DNA from: Myxococcota bacterium
GTDB lineage: Bacteria; Myxococcota_A; Polyangia; DASYRF01
DNA length: 63,044 nucleotides
Direction: 5' to 3'
Assembly: GCA_036004705.1 (NCBI GenBank)
Contig: DASYRF010000266.1
Span: 1-63,044, forward strand
The translations under genes and the position numbers were made by a program. Positions 41,135 through 49,545 of this stretch are shown one piece after another. The notes under the pieces were generated by a model. The model saw only the letters and a program-made list of their open reading frames with translations, was not told where the DNA came from and searched no databases. Within the stretch, counting starts at the first letter, position 1. Each line of letters begins with the position of its first letter.

Positions 41135-42598
41135 ATGAACGACGCACCGCTGCTGGGGGCGAAAGTGCGGGCATTCCGCCGGCGTGAGGAGCTCACACAG
41201 GTCCAGCTCGCCGAGAAGCTGGGCGTCTCGCCGAGCTACCTGAACCTCATCGAGAACAACCGCCGCCCGTTGACGGCGCCGCTGCTGCTGAAGCTGGCGC
41301 AGCTCTTCGCGCTGGACCTCTCGACGTTCGCGGCTTCAGCCGACGATGCGCGCCTGTCGAGTGACCTCCTGGAGGTGTTCGGCGATCCCCTCTTCGACAG
41401 CCACGGGCTCACGTCGTCCGACCTGCGCGAGCTGGCGGCCACGTCGCCCAACGTCGCGCGCGCGGTGCTGACGCTCTACCGGTCCTACCGCAACGCCAAG
41501 GAGTCGGCGGAAATGCTGGCGGAGCGCCTCTCCGACGGCGCCGCCGCGCCTGGCGTCGACGCCTCGCACCTTCCGCCGGAGGAGGTCACCGATCTCCTGC
41601 AGCGGCACCGCAACTACTTCCCGGAGCTGGAGGACGCCGCCGAGGCGCTCTGGGGCGAGGCGGTGCTCGCCCCCGACAATGTCTACCGCGGGCTGGCTCG
41701 CTGGCTCGAAACCACGCACGGCGTTCAGGTGCGCACCACGCGCGTCGACGACGAGCGCAGCCGTGCGGTGCGCCGCTTTGACCCCGAGCGTCGCACGCTC
41801 ACGCTGTCGGAGGTCCTCCCGCCGCGCAGCCGCCGCTTCCAGCTCGCGCATCAGGTCGCGCTCGTCGGCTATTCGGGGCTTCTCGACAAGCTCGCCCGCG
41901 ACGAGAACCTCACCACGCCCGAGTCGCGCGCGCTGGCGCGCGTCGCCCTGGCGAACTACTTCGCCTCCGCGGTGCTCATGCCGTACCAGCCGTTCATCGA
42001 GGCGGCACGCGCCTCGCGCTACGACGTGGAGCTGCTGGGGCACCGCTTCCGCACCAGCTTCGAGCAGGTCTGCCACCGCCTGACCACGCTGCGCCGCCCC
42101 GGCGCCGAGGGCGTGCCGTTCCACTTCCTGCGCATCGACATCGCCGGCAACATCTCCAAGCGCTTCAGCGGGTCGGGCATCCGCTTCGCCCGCTTCGCTG
42201 GGGCGTGCCCGCGCTGGAACGTGCACGCCGCGTTCCTCACGCCCGGCCTCATCCGCGTGCAGCTTTCGCGTATGCCCGACGGCGTCGTTTATTTCTGCAT
42301 CGCGCGGACCGTGCGCAAGGATAGCGGCGGCTACCACGAGCCGCATACCGTTCACTCGATCGGGCTCGGCTGCGAGGTCGGCCACGCCCGCGAGCTGGTC
42401 TACTCGGACGGCGTCGACCTCGCGAACCTGGACGCCGCCACGCCCGTCGGCGTCACCTGCCGGCTATGCGAGCAGGTCGACTGCGAGCAACGCGTCTATC
42501 CGCCGCTGCAGCACCCGCTGCACATCGACGAGAACGTCCGCGGCGTTTCTTTCTACGGGCCGTCCGGCGGAGGTCGGTCGGCCCCCACGCGTGGCTGA
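41135..42598 (+). CDS. ramB: XRE-family short-chain fatty acyl-CoA regulator (RamB/ScfR family)
   Basis: HTH (VSPSYLNLIENNRRPLT), ALANYFASAVLMPY, FEQVCHRLTTL, GNISKRFS, CPRWNVH, terminal C..C...C Cys motif. Divergent from aceBA. Confidence 0.85.
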   Translation: MNDAPLLGAKVRAFRRREELTQVQLAEKLGVSPSYLNLIENNRRPLTAPLLLKLAQLFALDLSTFAASADDARLSSDLLEVFGDPLFDSHGLTSSDLRELAATSPNVARAVLTLYRSYRNAKESAEMLAERLSDGAAAPGVDASHLPPEEVTDLLQRHRNYFPELEDAAEALWGEAVLAPDNVYRGLARWLETTHGVQVRTTRVDDERSRAVRRFDPERRTLTLSEVLPPRSRRFQLAHQVALVGYSGLLDKLARDENLTTPESRALARVALANYFASAVLMPYQPFIEAARASRYDVELLGHRFRTSFEQVCHRLTTLRRPGAEGVPFHFLRIDIAGNISKRFSGSGIRFARFAGACPRWNVHAAFLTPGLIRVQLSRMPDGVVYFCIARTVRKDSGGYHEPHTVHSIGLGCEVGHARELVYSDGVDLANLDAATPVGVTCRLCEQVDCEQRVYPPLQHPLHIDENVRGVSFYGPSGGGRSAPTRG

Positions 42599-42601
42599 CG
42601 G

Positions 42602-43072
42602 TCAGGGGCGCGGGCCGCGCGCGCGCTGCATCGACTTGAGCTGCTCCAGCACCTCGTCACGGTGGCGCGACGCGATGATCTCGTGCTCGATGACCGCGCG
42701 GCAGGAACCGGCCTCGTCCAACACGAACGTGACGCGCCGGTAGCGGTTCACCAGCGGCCAGCGCGCGCCGAACAGCTTGCCGATCGCGTGGTCGTGGTCG
42801 CCGATCATCGGGAAGGGCGCCTTCATCTCGGCGGCGAAGTCGCACTGCGTGGGGTGATCGTCCGGCGAGATGCCGAAGAGCTCGGCGCCATACTCCTTGA
42901 TTTGCGGGTATGCGTCGCGAAACTGCGCCGCCTCGGCCGTTCACGTGTAGGTGAACGCGCGCGGGAAGAAATACAGAACGATCGGTTGGCCGCGGAGGTC
43001 CGACAGCCGGAGGTCGCGTCCGGCGGTCGTCTTGGCGCTGAAGTCGGGCGCCGTTTCGCCGACCTTGAGCAT
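42602..43072 (-). CDS. bcp: BCP/PrxQ peroxiredoxin with in-frame UGA at the peroxidatic position (probable selenocysteine 44)
   Basis: Reads MLKVGETAPDF...IVLYFFPRAFTYT-UGA(42943-42941)-TAEAAQFRD...GISPD...RRVTFVLD. UGA sits at the C of PxxxTxxC. GGAAGG RBS. 156 aa if read through. Confidence 0.8.
42912..42940 (-). promoter_or_regulatory. Candidate bacterial SECIS hairpin
   Basis: 3' of UGA: GCG-GCG[CAGUUU]CGC-GA-CGC, a 6-bp stem with a 2-nt bulge and an apical-loop G at +18 followed by U. Confidence 0.4.
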
Positions 43073-43119
43073 GGCCCTTCCTATCGCGGATGGGGGGTCA
43101 CCTGCTACTCTGATCGTAA

Positions 43120-45003
43120 ATGGACACGCGCGCGAGGGGGCGCCGGGCGGCCGCGGTCGCCGGGGCGCTGGTAGGCGCGGTGCTGGCGCTGCATGCCGCG
43201 CCGGCCGCCGCCGTGGTCATCAATTTCGACGACATGACGCAGCCGTGCTGCTGGGCGAGCACGACGCACGCCACGACGCAGTATGCGGCGATGGGCGTGA
43301 CGTTCTCGGGGCCGACCGCAATCAACGGGTTCGGCATTCTCAACGAGAGCGGCGCCTTCGGCGTCAGCGGCCACTCGTCGCCGAACTTCCTCGCCTACAA
43401 CAACTCGTCGGCGGGCGCCTACAGCGACGGCGGCAGCCCGTTCGGTCCCGAGACGATCACGTTCAGCCCGGCCGTGGACTTGCTGACGATCAAGGCGGGT
43501 AGCGCCGGCGGCGACACGCTCAGCGCCAGCGCCTACACGCCGACCGGCGCGTTGCTCGGCACCGTCACGATCCTGGGCTCGTCCGCGCTCGCCGTCATGA
43601 GCTTCCCCTACTCCGGGATCGGGTCGCTCGTGCTGACGGTGACCGGCAGCGGCTACGGCGTTTTCGACGACTTGACGTTCACGCCGGGCACGACCGACGG
43701 CGACGGCGACGGCTTCACGAGCGCCGGCGGTGACTGCAACGACGCCAACGCCTCCGTGCATCCCGGCGCCGCCGAGGTCTGCGACGGCTTCGACACCGAC
43801 TGCACGGGCGGGCCGCTCGCCACCGAGGTCGACGCCGACGGCGATGGCGTCATGGTGTGCGAGGGCGACTGCGACGACGCCGATGCCGCGGTCTATCCGG
43901 GGGCGCCGGAGATCTGTGACGGACAGGACAACGACTGCAATCCGGCGACACCGACGGGCGAAGTGGACGTCGACGGCGACGGCTACACCGTGTGCGTCGA
44001 TTGTGACGACGGCGACGCCACCGTGCACCCCGGTGCCACCGAGTTGTGCGACGGGCTGGACAACGACTGCAACGGCGCGCCGCTCCCGACCGAGATCGAT
44101 TCCGACGGCGACGGCTTCCTGGCCTGCGCCGGCGACTGCGACGCCTTCGATGCGACGGTCTACCCCGGCGCGCCGGAGCTGTGTGACGGCCAGGACAACG
44201 ACTGCAACCTGGCGCTGCCCGCCGACGAGGTGGACGCGGACGGCGACGGGTACGGAATCTGCGACGGCGACTGCGACGACAACGACACGGCGCGCTACCC
44301 GGCGGCGCCCGAGGGTTGCAACGGCGTAGACAACGACTGCGACGGGATGCTCCCCGCGGAGGAGGCTGACGTCGACCAGGACGGGGCGCGGGTGTGTGCC
44401 GGTGACTGCGACGACGCCGACGCGACGGTCTATCCGGGGGCGCCGGAGGCCTGCAACGCCGTGGACGACGACTGCGACGGCGTGCCGGGCGGCGACGAGC
44501 TGGACCAGGACGGCGACGGCGTACCTGCCTGCGCGAACGACTGCAACGACGCCGACGTGACGATCCACGCCGGCGCGGTGGAGATTCCGTACGACGGCGT
44601 CGACCAGGACTGCGACGGCCGCGACCTGGTGGACGCCGACGGTGACGGCTACGCCGCCACGACCTTCGGCGGCGCCGACTGCAACGACGTGGACCCCGAC
44701 GTCAACCCCGACGCCGTGGAGCTCTGCAGCAACGGCGTCGACGACGACTGCAACGGGCTCACCGACAACGCGCAAGGCGGGTGCGAGGTGTCGTCGTGCG
44801 CGTGCCGCGTCGCCGGCCGTCCCGCCGGCGTGCGCGCCGATGGGGGCGCCGGCGCGGGTGCGCTGGCGCTGCTCGCCGCCTTGACCCTCTGCGTTGCGTC
44901 ATGTTACCGAACCACCAAGCGGCACGCCGCAGCCCGGCGCGCCGTCCGCACCGGGTGGGCGGTCTCGAATGGCCCCCAAGCGCGTCCTCGTCATCGACGA
45001 TAG
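43120..45003 (+). CDS. Secreted/surface protein with MopE-like metal-binding repeats and MYXO-CTERM-like tail
   Basis: Signal peptide, beta-rich N-domain (VVINFDD...GVTFSG), about 8 repeats of DxDGDG..DCDD.D..V.PGA.E.C(D/N)G.DNDC, then SSCAC + TM. TGcTACTCT box 8 nt before ATG. Confidence 0.85.
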   Translation: MDTRARGRRAAAVAGALVGAVLALHAAPAAAVVINFDDMTQPCCWASTTHATTQYAAMGVTFSGPTAINGFGILNESGAFGVSGHSSPNFLAYNNSSAGAYSDGGSPFGPETITFSPAVDLLTIKAGSAGGDTLSASAYTPTGALLGTVTILGSSALAVMSFPYSGIGSLVLTVTGSGYGVFDDLTFTPGTTDGDGDGFTSAGGDCNDANASVHPGAAEVCDGFDTDCTGGPLATEVDADGDGVMVCEGDCDDADAAVYPGAPEICDGQDNDCNPATPTGEVDVDGDGYTVCVDCDDGDATVHPGATELCDGLDNDCNGAPLPTEIDSDGDGFLACAGDCDAFDATVYPGAPELCDGQDNDCNLALPADEVDADGDGYGICDGDCDDNDTARYPAAPEGCNGVDNDCDGMLPAEEADVDQDGARVCAGDCDDADATVYPGAPEACNAVDDDCDGVPGGDELDQDGDGVPACANDCNDADVTIHAGAVEIPYDGVDQDCDGRDLVDADGDGYAATTFGGADCNDVDPDVNPDAVELCSNGVDDDCNGLTDNAQGGCEVSSCACRVAGRPAGVRADGGAGAGALALLAALTLCVASCYRTTKRHAAARRAVRTGWAVSNGPQARPRHRR

Positions 45004-46486
45004 CCCGACGATCACCAAGGTGGTCCAGCTCACGCTGGCCAAGGCACGCTACCAGGTGGTCACGGCCGACGGCGGCGCCGCAGGGGTGGCCGCCGCTCGC
45101 GCCGAGAAACCCGACCTCATCTTGCTCGACTGGGTCATGCCCGAGATGGACGGCGAGAAGGTTCTCCACGCCCTGCACGACGACGCCGAGCTGTCCAAGA
45201 TTCCGGTCGTTCTCATCAGCGCCAAGGGGGAGACGCTCAACAGCCGCATCCACACGCTCGGCGTGGTCGACGCCGTCACCAAGCCGTTCGCCGCCGAGGC
45301 GCTCCTCGCCGTCACCGAGCACGCCCTCGAGCGCTACGCAGGGGGCGGCGCGGCCGCCGACGTCGAGGCAGCCGAGGCCGCAGCAGGTCCCTCGGCGCGC
45401 GAGGAGGACGACAGCCCCGTCGACGTGGAGTTCGAGAAGAGCCTGGACAAGACGCCCGCCGACCCCTTTGGCTACGAGGTGTCGGGCCCCGTCATCGAAA
45501 CGTTGCACCGCGAGGCGCAGGCCGCCGGCCCGCCGCGCCGCTCCCCCAAGACGGCGCTCTCCGCGTTGCGCCGCGAGCTGGCGGCGATGGTCGCGCCCGA
45601 CCTGGTCGGCGCTGTGAAGGAGGGCGGCACGCCCGACGCGCTGGAAACGCGCGTGACCGAGGCCATCGCCCGCGCGCTTCCCGACGACACCCTCGCCGAG
45701 CACGTGCGCAAGGTGCTGAAGGACAACCCCACCTTCTACACCGACGACGGCATCGGCCTGATGGGCGACCTGTCCTGCGTGGGGCTGGGCGACGTCTTCC
45801 GGCTCGTCGCCCAGTTCCGCCGCACCGGCGTGCTGCACGTCTTCAAGGAGGAGATGCGCGTCGAGGTGTCGTTCACCGACGGGAAGATCGACCTCGCCAC
45901 CGCGACCGGCTACGAGGAGGAGTTCCTGCTGGGGCGGTTCATCATCGAGGCCGGGCTGATGAGCCGCTCGGACCTGGACAACTTCCTGCAGAACCGCGCC
46001 GGCTCGTCGAAGCTTCTCGGGCGGCAGCTGGTGAAGCTTGGCTTCATTCCGCTCGACGGGCTCAAGGACGCCATTCGCCGGCAGACGCAGGAGATCCTCT
46101 ACGAGCTGATGCGCTGGGATCGGGGGCGTTTCCATTTCCACACCGACCGCCCGCCGGGGCCGCTGGCGCGCGAAGCGGGGCTGGGGCTGGGGGTGGATGC
46201 GCTGCTGCTGGAGGGCATCCGCCGCGTCGACGAGTGGTACCTGATCGAGCAGAAGGTGCAGAACTTCGACGAGACCTACACGCGCAACGAGGAGGTCGTC
46301 ACGGCGCTGGGGAAGGAGCGCTTCACGCGCGAGGAATCGCAGATGCTCGAGCTGGTGAACGGCAAGAACACCGTGCGCGACATCCTCAAGAAGTCGCGCA
46401 TGGGCTCGTATGACGTTTCGAAGCTCCTGTACCGGCTGCTGTCGATTGGAGCGATAAGGCCGCGTGTCGCTCCGGTGGCGGTGTAG
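44969..46486 (+). CDS. Response regulator with DUF4388 (PatA_N-like) domain (PilG/PixG-position gene)
   Basis: REC: VLVIDDS, ILLDWVMPEMDG, SA, KPF. C-terminal LMGDLSCVGLGDVFRL...TGVL...F.DG.I and MRWDRGRFHF (505 aa). Confidence 0.85.
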   Translation: MAPKRVLVIDDSPTITKVVQLTLAKARYQVVTADGGAAGVAAARAEKPDLILLDWVMPEMDGEKVLHALHDDAELSKIPVVLISAKGETLNSRIHTLGVVDAVTKPFAAEALLAVTEHALERYAGGGAAADVEAAEAAAGPSAREEDDSPVDVEFEKSLDKTPADPFGYEVSGPVIETLHREAQAAGPPRRSPKTALSALRRELAAMVAPDLVGAVKEGGTPDALETRVTEAIARALPDDTLAEHVRKVLKDNPTFYTDDGIGLMGDLSCVGLGDVFRLVAQFRRTGVLHVFKEEMRVEVSFTDGKIDLATATGYEEEFLLGRFIIEAGLMSRSDLDNFLQNRAGSSKLLGRQLVKLGFIPLDGLKDAIRRQTQEILYELMRWDRGRFHFHTDRPPGPLAREAGLGLGVDALLLEGIRRVDEWYLIEQKVQNFDETYTRNEEVVTALGKERFTREESQMLELVNGKNTVRDILKKSRMGSYDVSKLLYRLLSIGAIRPRVAPVAV

Positions 46487-46583
46487 GCGCGGCGAAAACG
46501 GACTGTGGCCAGCAACGGGCAGGCGCGCTAGCATGGGCCGCCGGCGCCGGTGCGGCGCAACGCTCGGAAGGAATCCAGGGCTC

Positions 46584-46949
46584 GTGGCACGCATCCTCAT
46601 CGCCGACGATTCGAACACCCAGGTTCAGTACCTCCGGCAGATACTCACGCCGCTCGGCCACGAGATACTGGTGGCATCGGACGGCGAGGACGCCGAGGCG
46701 AAGTGCCTGGAGCAGCGCCCCGACCTGGTCATCCTCGACATCGTCATGCCCAAGCGCAACGGCTTCCAGGTGACGCGCGCCATCCGGCAGCATCCCGGCA
46801 TGCAGTCGCTTCCGATCCTGGTGGTGACGTCGATGAGCCGCGACAGCGATCGTTACTGGGGGCTCAAGCAGGGCGCGAACGCCTACCTCAACAAGCCGTT
46901 CGATCCGCAGGTCCTGGTCTCCACGGTGCAGAAGCTCCTGGCGGGCTGA
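46584..46949 (+). CDS. Single-domain response regulator (PilH/PixH-like)
   Basis: ILIADDS, ILDIVMPKRNGFQ, SDRYWGLKQGA, KPF (121 aa). GGAAGG upstream. Confidence 0.9.
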   Translation: MARILIADDSNTQVQYLRQILTPLGHEILVASDGEDAEAKCLEQRPDLVILDIVMPKRNGFQVTRAIRQHPGMQSLPILVVTSMSRDSDRYWGLKQGANAYLNKPFDPQVLVSTVQKLLAG

Positions 46950-46965
46950 GGCTGGGGCGCCTTCC

Positions 46966-47364
46966 TTGCAGGTCTGCGTATTCGTCCTGGGCGGGCGCCT
47001 TCCGGCCGTGGAGGCGCGGCACGTCTTGGAAGTGTTCAACCTCGACGATCTCACGCCGGTGCCGACAGCGCCGTCGTTCGTCGTGGGGGTTGCGGCGGTG
47101 CGCGGGCTCATCCTGCCGGTGATCGACGCGGCGCCGCTGGTGGGGGCGACCTCGCGGCCACCGCGCGGCGGTGACCCGCTCATCCGGGTCGGGATCGGCG
47201 ATGCGCAGGCGGCGCTGGTGGCGGAGCGCGTGCTGGGCGTGCGTGAGGTGGCGGTGCCGGCCGGCGGGGACGGGGGCAGCCTGGTGGTGGGGCGCGGCCC
47301 CGCGCCGGAGGGCGAGGTGGTGGTCCTGGACCTGGCGGCTCTGTTCGACAGAGCGCGCGCCTGA
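46966..47364 (+). CDS. cheW: CheW-like coupling protein (PilI position)
   Basis: LTPVPTAPSFVVGVAAVRGLILPVID...ALVAERVLGV (132 aa). TTG start uncertain. Confidence 0.85.
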   Translation: MQVCVFVLGGRLPAVEARHVLEVFNLDDLTPVPTAPSFVVGVAAVRGLILPVIDAAPLVGATSRPPRGGDPLIRVGIGDAQAALVAERVLGVREVAVPAGGDGGSLVVGRGPAPEGEVVVLDLAALFDRARA

Positions 47365-47479
47365 CCGGCGGGCCGCGTTGCGGCGGGGCCCGGCGCCGCT
47401 GGCCGGGGGAGCCGCCTCGGCCCGCCCGCTAGAGGGCCAATTCCGGGTCTTGGCGATTCCCTGCTAACATAGGCCCGGC

Positions 47480-49543
47480 ATGGGCGGCCGGCTTGGGCTC
47501 ATTTACCGGTTTCTGTTTGGCTTCGTGTTGCTGGCGGTGCTCGCCGGCGTCGCCATCGTTGCGCTGTCCAACGTCACCGGGCGCTTCGTCGACGAGACGT
47601 CGGCGAACGTGTCCGAGTCGAAGGCGCGCGCCGAGACGTCGAAGAGCGCTGTCGACAAGGCCATGGCGCGCTTGCGCGCCGAGGAAGAGATCTTCGCGCG
47701 CGAGCGGCTGGAGAGCCGTACCCGTACGCTGGCGCACATGGTGGAGCTGGCGCTGGTCGCCGACCCTGACGCGCTGCGCGGCGTGTCGGAGGACCTGGAA
47801 CGGCTCCTGGTAGAGGAGCGCTTCGACCACTTCGGCGAGGAGGCATGGTTCCTGGTCGTGGACGGGCGCACCGGCGTGGTGCGCTTGCATCGCGACGCTG
47901 CCCTGCGCGGCAAGGCGGCCGGCGAGCTGGACGCGGCGCTTTGGGCCTGGCTGTCGGGTGAGGGTGCGGCCGCGCGGCTGCTGGCTGGAAGCGCCGTGCC
48001 GGTTCCGGCGCCCAAGGCGCCGGCGGGCGTCGCGGCGGTGCCCGGCGCGGCCGTGCCCGCGGAGCTCGCCGGCGGGGGCGTCGAGGTGAAGACCTACACG
48101 GATGCGGTCGGTCGCGCGTCCATCTGGCTGGCCGCGCGCGTCGGTCACACGGACAACCTGCTGGTCGTGCACAGCCCGCTCGACGACACGCCCGAGGTCA
48201 AGTTGGTGGAGGTGCGCACCCAGCTGGAGAAGGAGGTGGGCGACGCCGCCAGCGCCATCGGACTGCGCTCCGCCGAGGTCCTCTCGTTCGCGGAGCGCGC
48301 CCGATCAGACATCGCCAACATCCAGATCGGCGTGTTCCTGGCGCTCGTCGCGGGTGTCCTGCTTTTCGGGTTCTACGTGAACCGCCGTTTCATCAAGCCG
48401 GTGCAACATCTGAAGAGCGTGGCCGATCACATCCGCGCCGGAGAGTTCGACACGCGCGCGCGCGTCTTCACCGCCGACGAGCTGGAGCAGCTGGGGAGGT
48501 CGCTGAACGAGATGCTCGACCGCATCGTCATGCTCATTCAGAGCGACGAAGACAAGCGGCGGCTGCAGCGCAACATCGTGGCGCTGCTGGAGCTGGTGAG
48601 CGCGGCGTCCGACGGCGACCTCACGGCGCGTGGCGAAGTGACGCCCGACGAGCTGGGCTCGGTGACCGACGCGTTCAACCTGATGCTCGAGAGCATCGGC
48701 TCGCTGGTGGTGCAGGCCCGGCGCGCCGCCGAGGAGGTGAGCCGTTCGGCGAGCGGGCTGAAGAGCGCCGCCGACGAGATGGCCGAGGGGGCGAAGCTGC
48801 AGGCCGAGTCCATCGACTCGACGACGCGCAAGATCAAGACGCTCGGCGAGAAGTCGCTGGAAGTGAACGCCATCGTCGAAATGGTGGACGACATTGCCGC
48901 CCAGACGAACATGCTGGCGCTGAACGCCGCCATCGAAGCGTCGCGCGCCGGCGAGCAGGGCAAGGGGTTCGCGGTGGTGGCCGACGAGGTGCGCAAGCTT
49001 GCCGAGCGCAGCTCCAACGCCACGCGCGCGATCGGCGCTTTCATCGAGAGCATCCAGGTGGAGATGGACGAGGCGGCGCGGGCGATGGAGGAGATTCGCG
49101 CGGTGACGCGCAAGACGGCAGACAGCGCCGCGTCCACGCGTACGACCGTGGAGGCGATGGTGCGCCTGGCGCTGGCGCTGGAACAGACGCTGTCGCGCTT
49201 CCGCGTGCACGACGCGCGCGAGGAGGAGATGCTGCAGAACCTGGAAGCGCGGCGCGCCGCGATCGAGGAGGCGCTGGAAGCGATCGCCAGCTTCGCGGGC
49301 GGGGCGGGGGCGGCGAGCCTGGGAGTAGGCGACGCCGCAGATCAGACGTTGCAGGAGCTGATGGAGCGCCTCACAGAGACACGCGAGCGGCTGGTGACGG
49401 AGCGCGGCCGGCTGGCGCTGCGCGCGGCGGGTACTGGGTCGGGCCCGGTGCCGGCGGCTGGCGACGGCGACGGCGACGGCGGCGGCGGCGGTGAAGACGG
49501 CGACGTCGAGTCGGGACCGCGCGGGGCGGAGGAGACGCACTAG
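47480..49543 (+). CDS. Methyl-accepting chemotaxis protein (PilJ-like, tandem HAMP, short signalling domain)
   Basis: Two TMs, Cache-like periplasmic segment, two HAMPs, hairpin tip [38 protein letters not shown]. Confidence 0.93.
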   Translation: MGGRLGLIYRFLFGFVLLAVLAGVAIVALSNVTGRFVDETSANVSESKARAETSKSAVDKAMARLRAEEEIFARERLESRTRTLAHMVELALVADPDALRGVSEDLERLLVEERFDHFGEEAWFLVVDGRTGVVRLHRDAALRGKAAGELDAALWAWLSGEGAAARLLAGSAVPVPAPKAPAGVAAVPGAAVPAELAGGGVEVKTYTDAVGRASIWLAARVGHTDNLLVVHSPLDDTPEVKLVEVRTQLEKEVGDAASAIGLRSAEVLSFAERARSDIANIQIGVFLALVAGVLLFGFYVNRRFIKPVQHLKSVADHIRAGEFDTRARVFTADELEQLGRSLNEMLDRIVMLIQSDEDKRRLQRNIVALLELVSAASDGDLTARGEVTPDELGSVTDAFNLMLESIGSLVVQARRAAEEVSRSASGLKSAADEMAEGAKLQAESIDSTTRKIKTLGEKSLEVNAIVEMVDDIAAQTNMLALNAAIEASRAGEQGKGFAVVADEVRKLAERSSNATRAIGAFIESIQVEMDEAARAMEEIRAVTRKTADSAASTRTTVEAMVRLALALEQTLSRFRVHDAREEEMLQNLEARRAAIEEALEAIASFAGGAGAASLGVGDAADQTLQELMERLTETRERLVTERGRLALRAAGTGSGPVPAAGDGDGDGGGGGEDGDVESGPRGAEETH

Positions 49544-49545
49544 CG

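Noticed and set aside
42602-42826. Stand-alone 74-aa ORF from the ORF track
   Set aside because: It is the C-terminal half of the UGA-containing peroxiredoxin starting at 43072.
43690-44770. Diversity-generating retroelement TR/VR pair among near-identical repeats
   Set aside because: Repeats are in-frame protein repeats, differences are not adenine-specific by inspection, and there is no reverse transcriptase.
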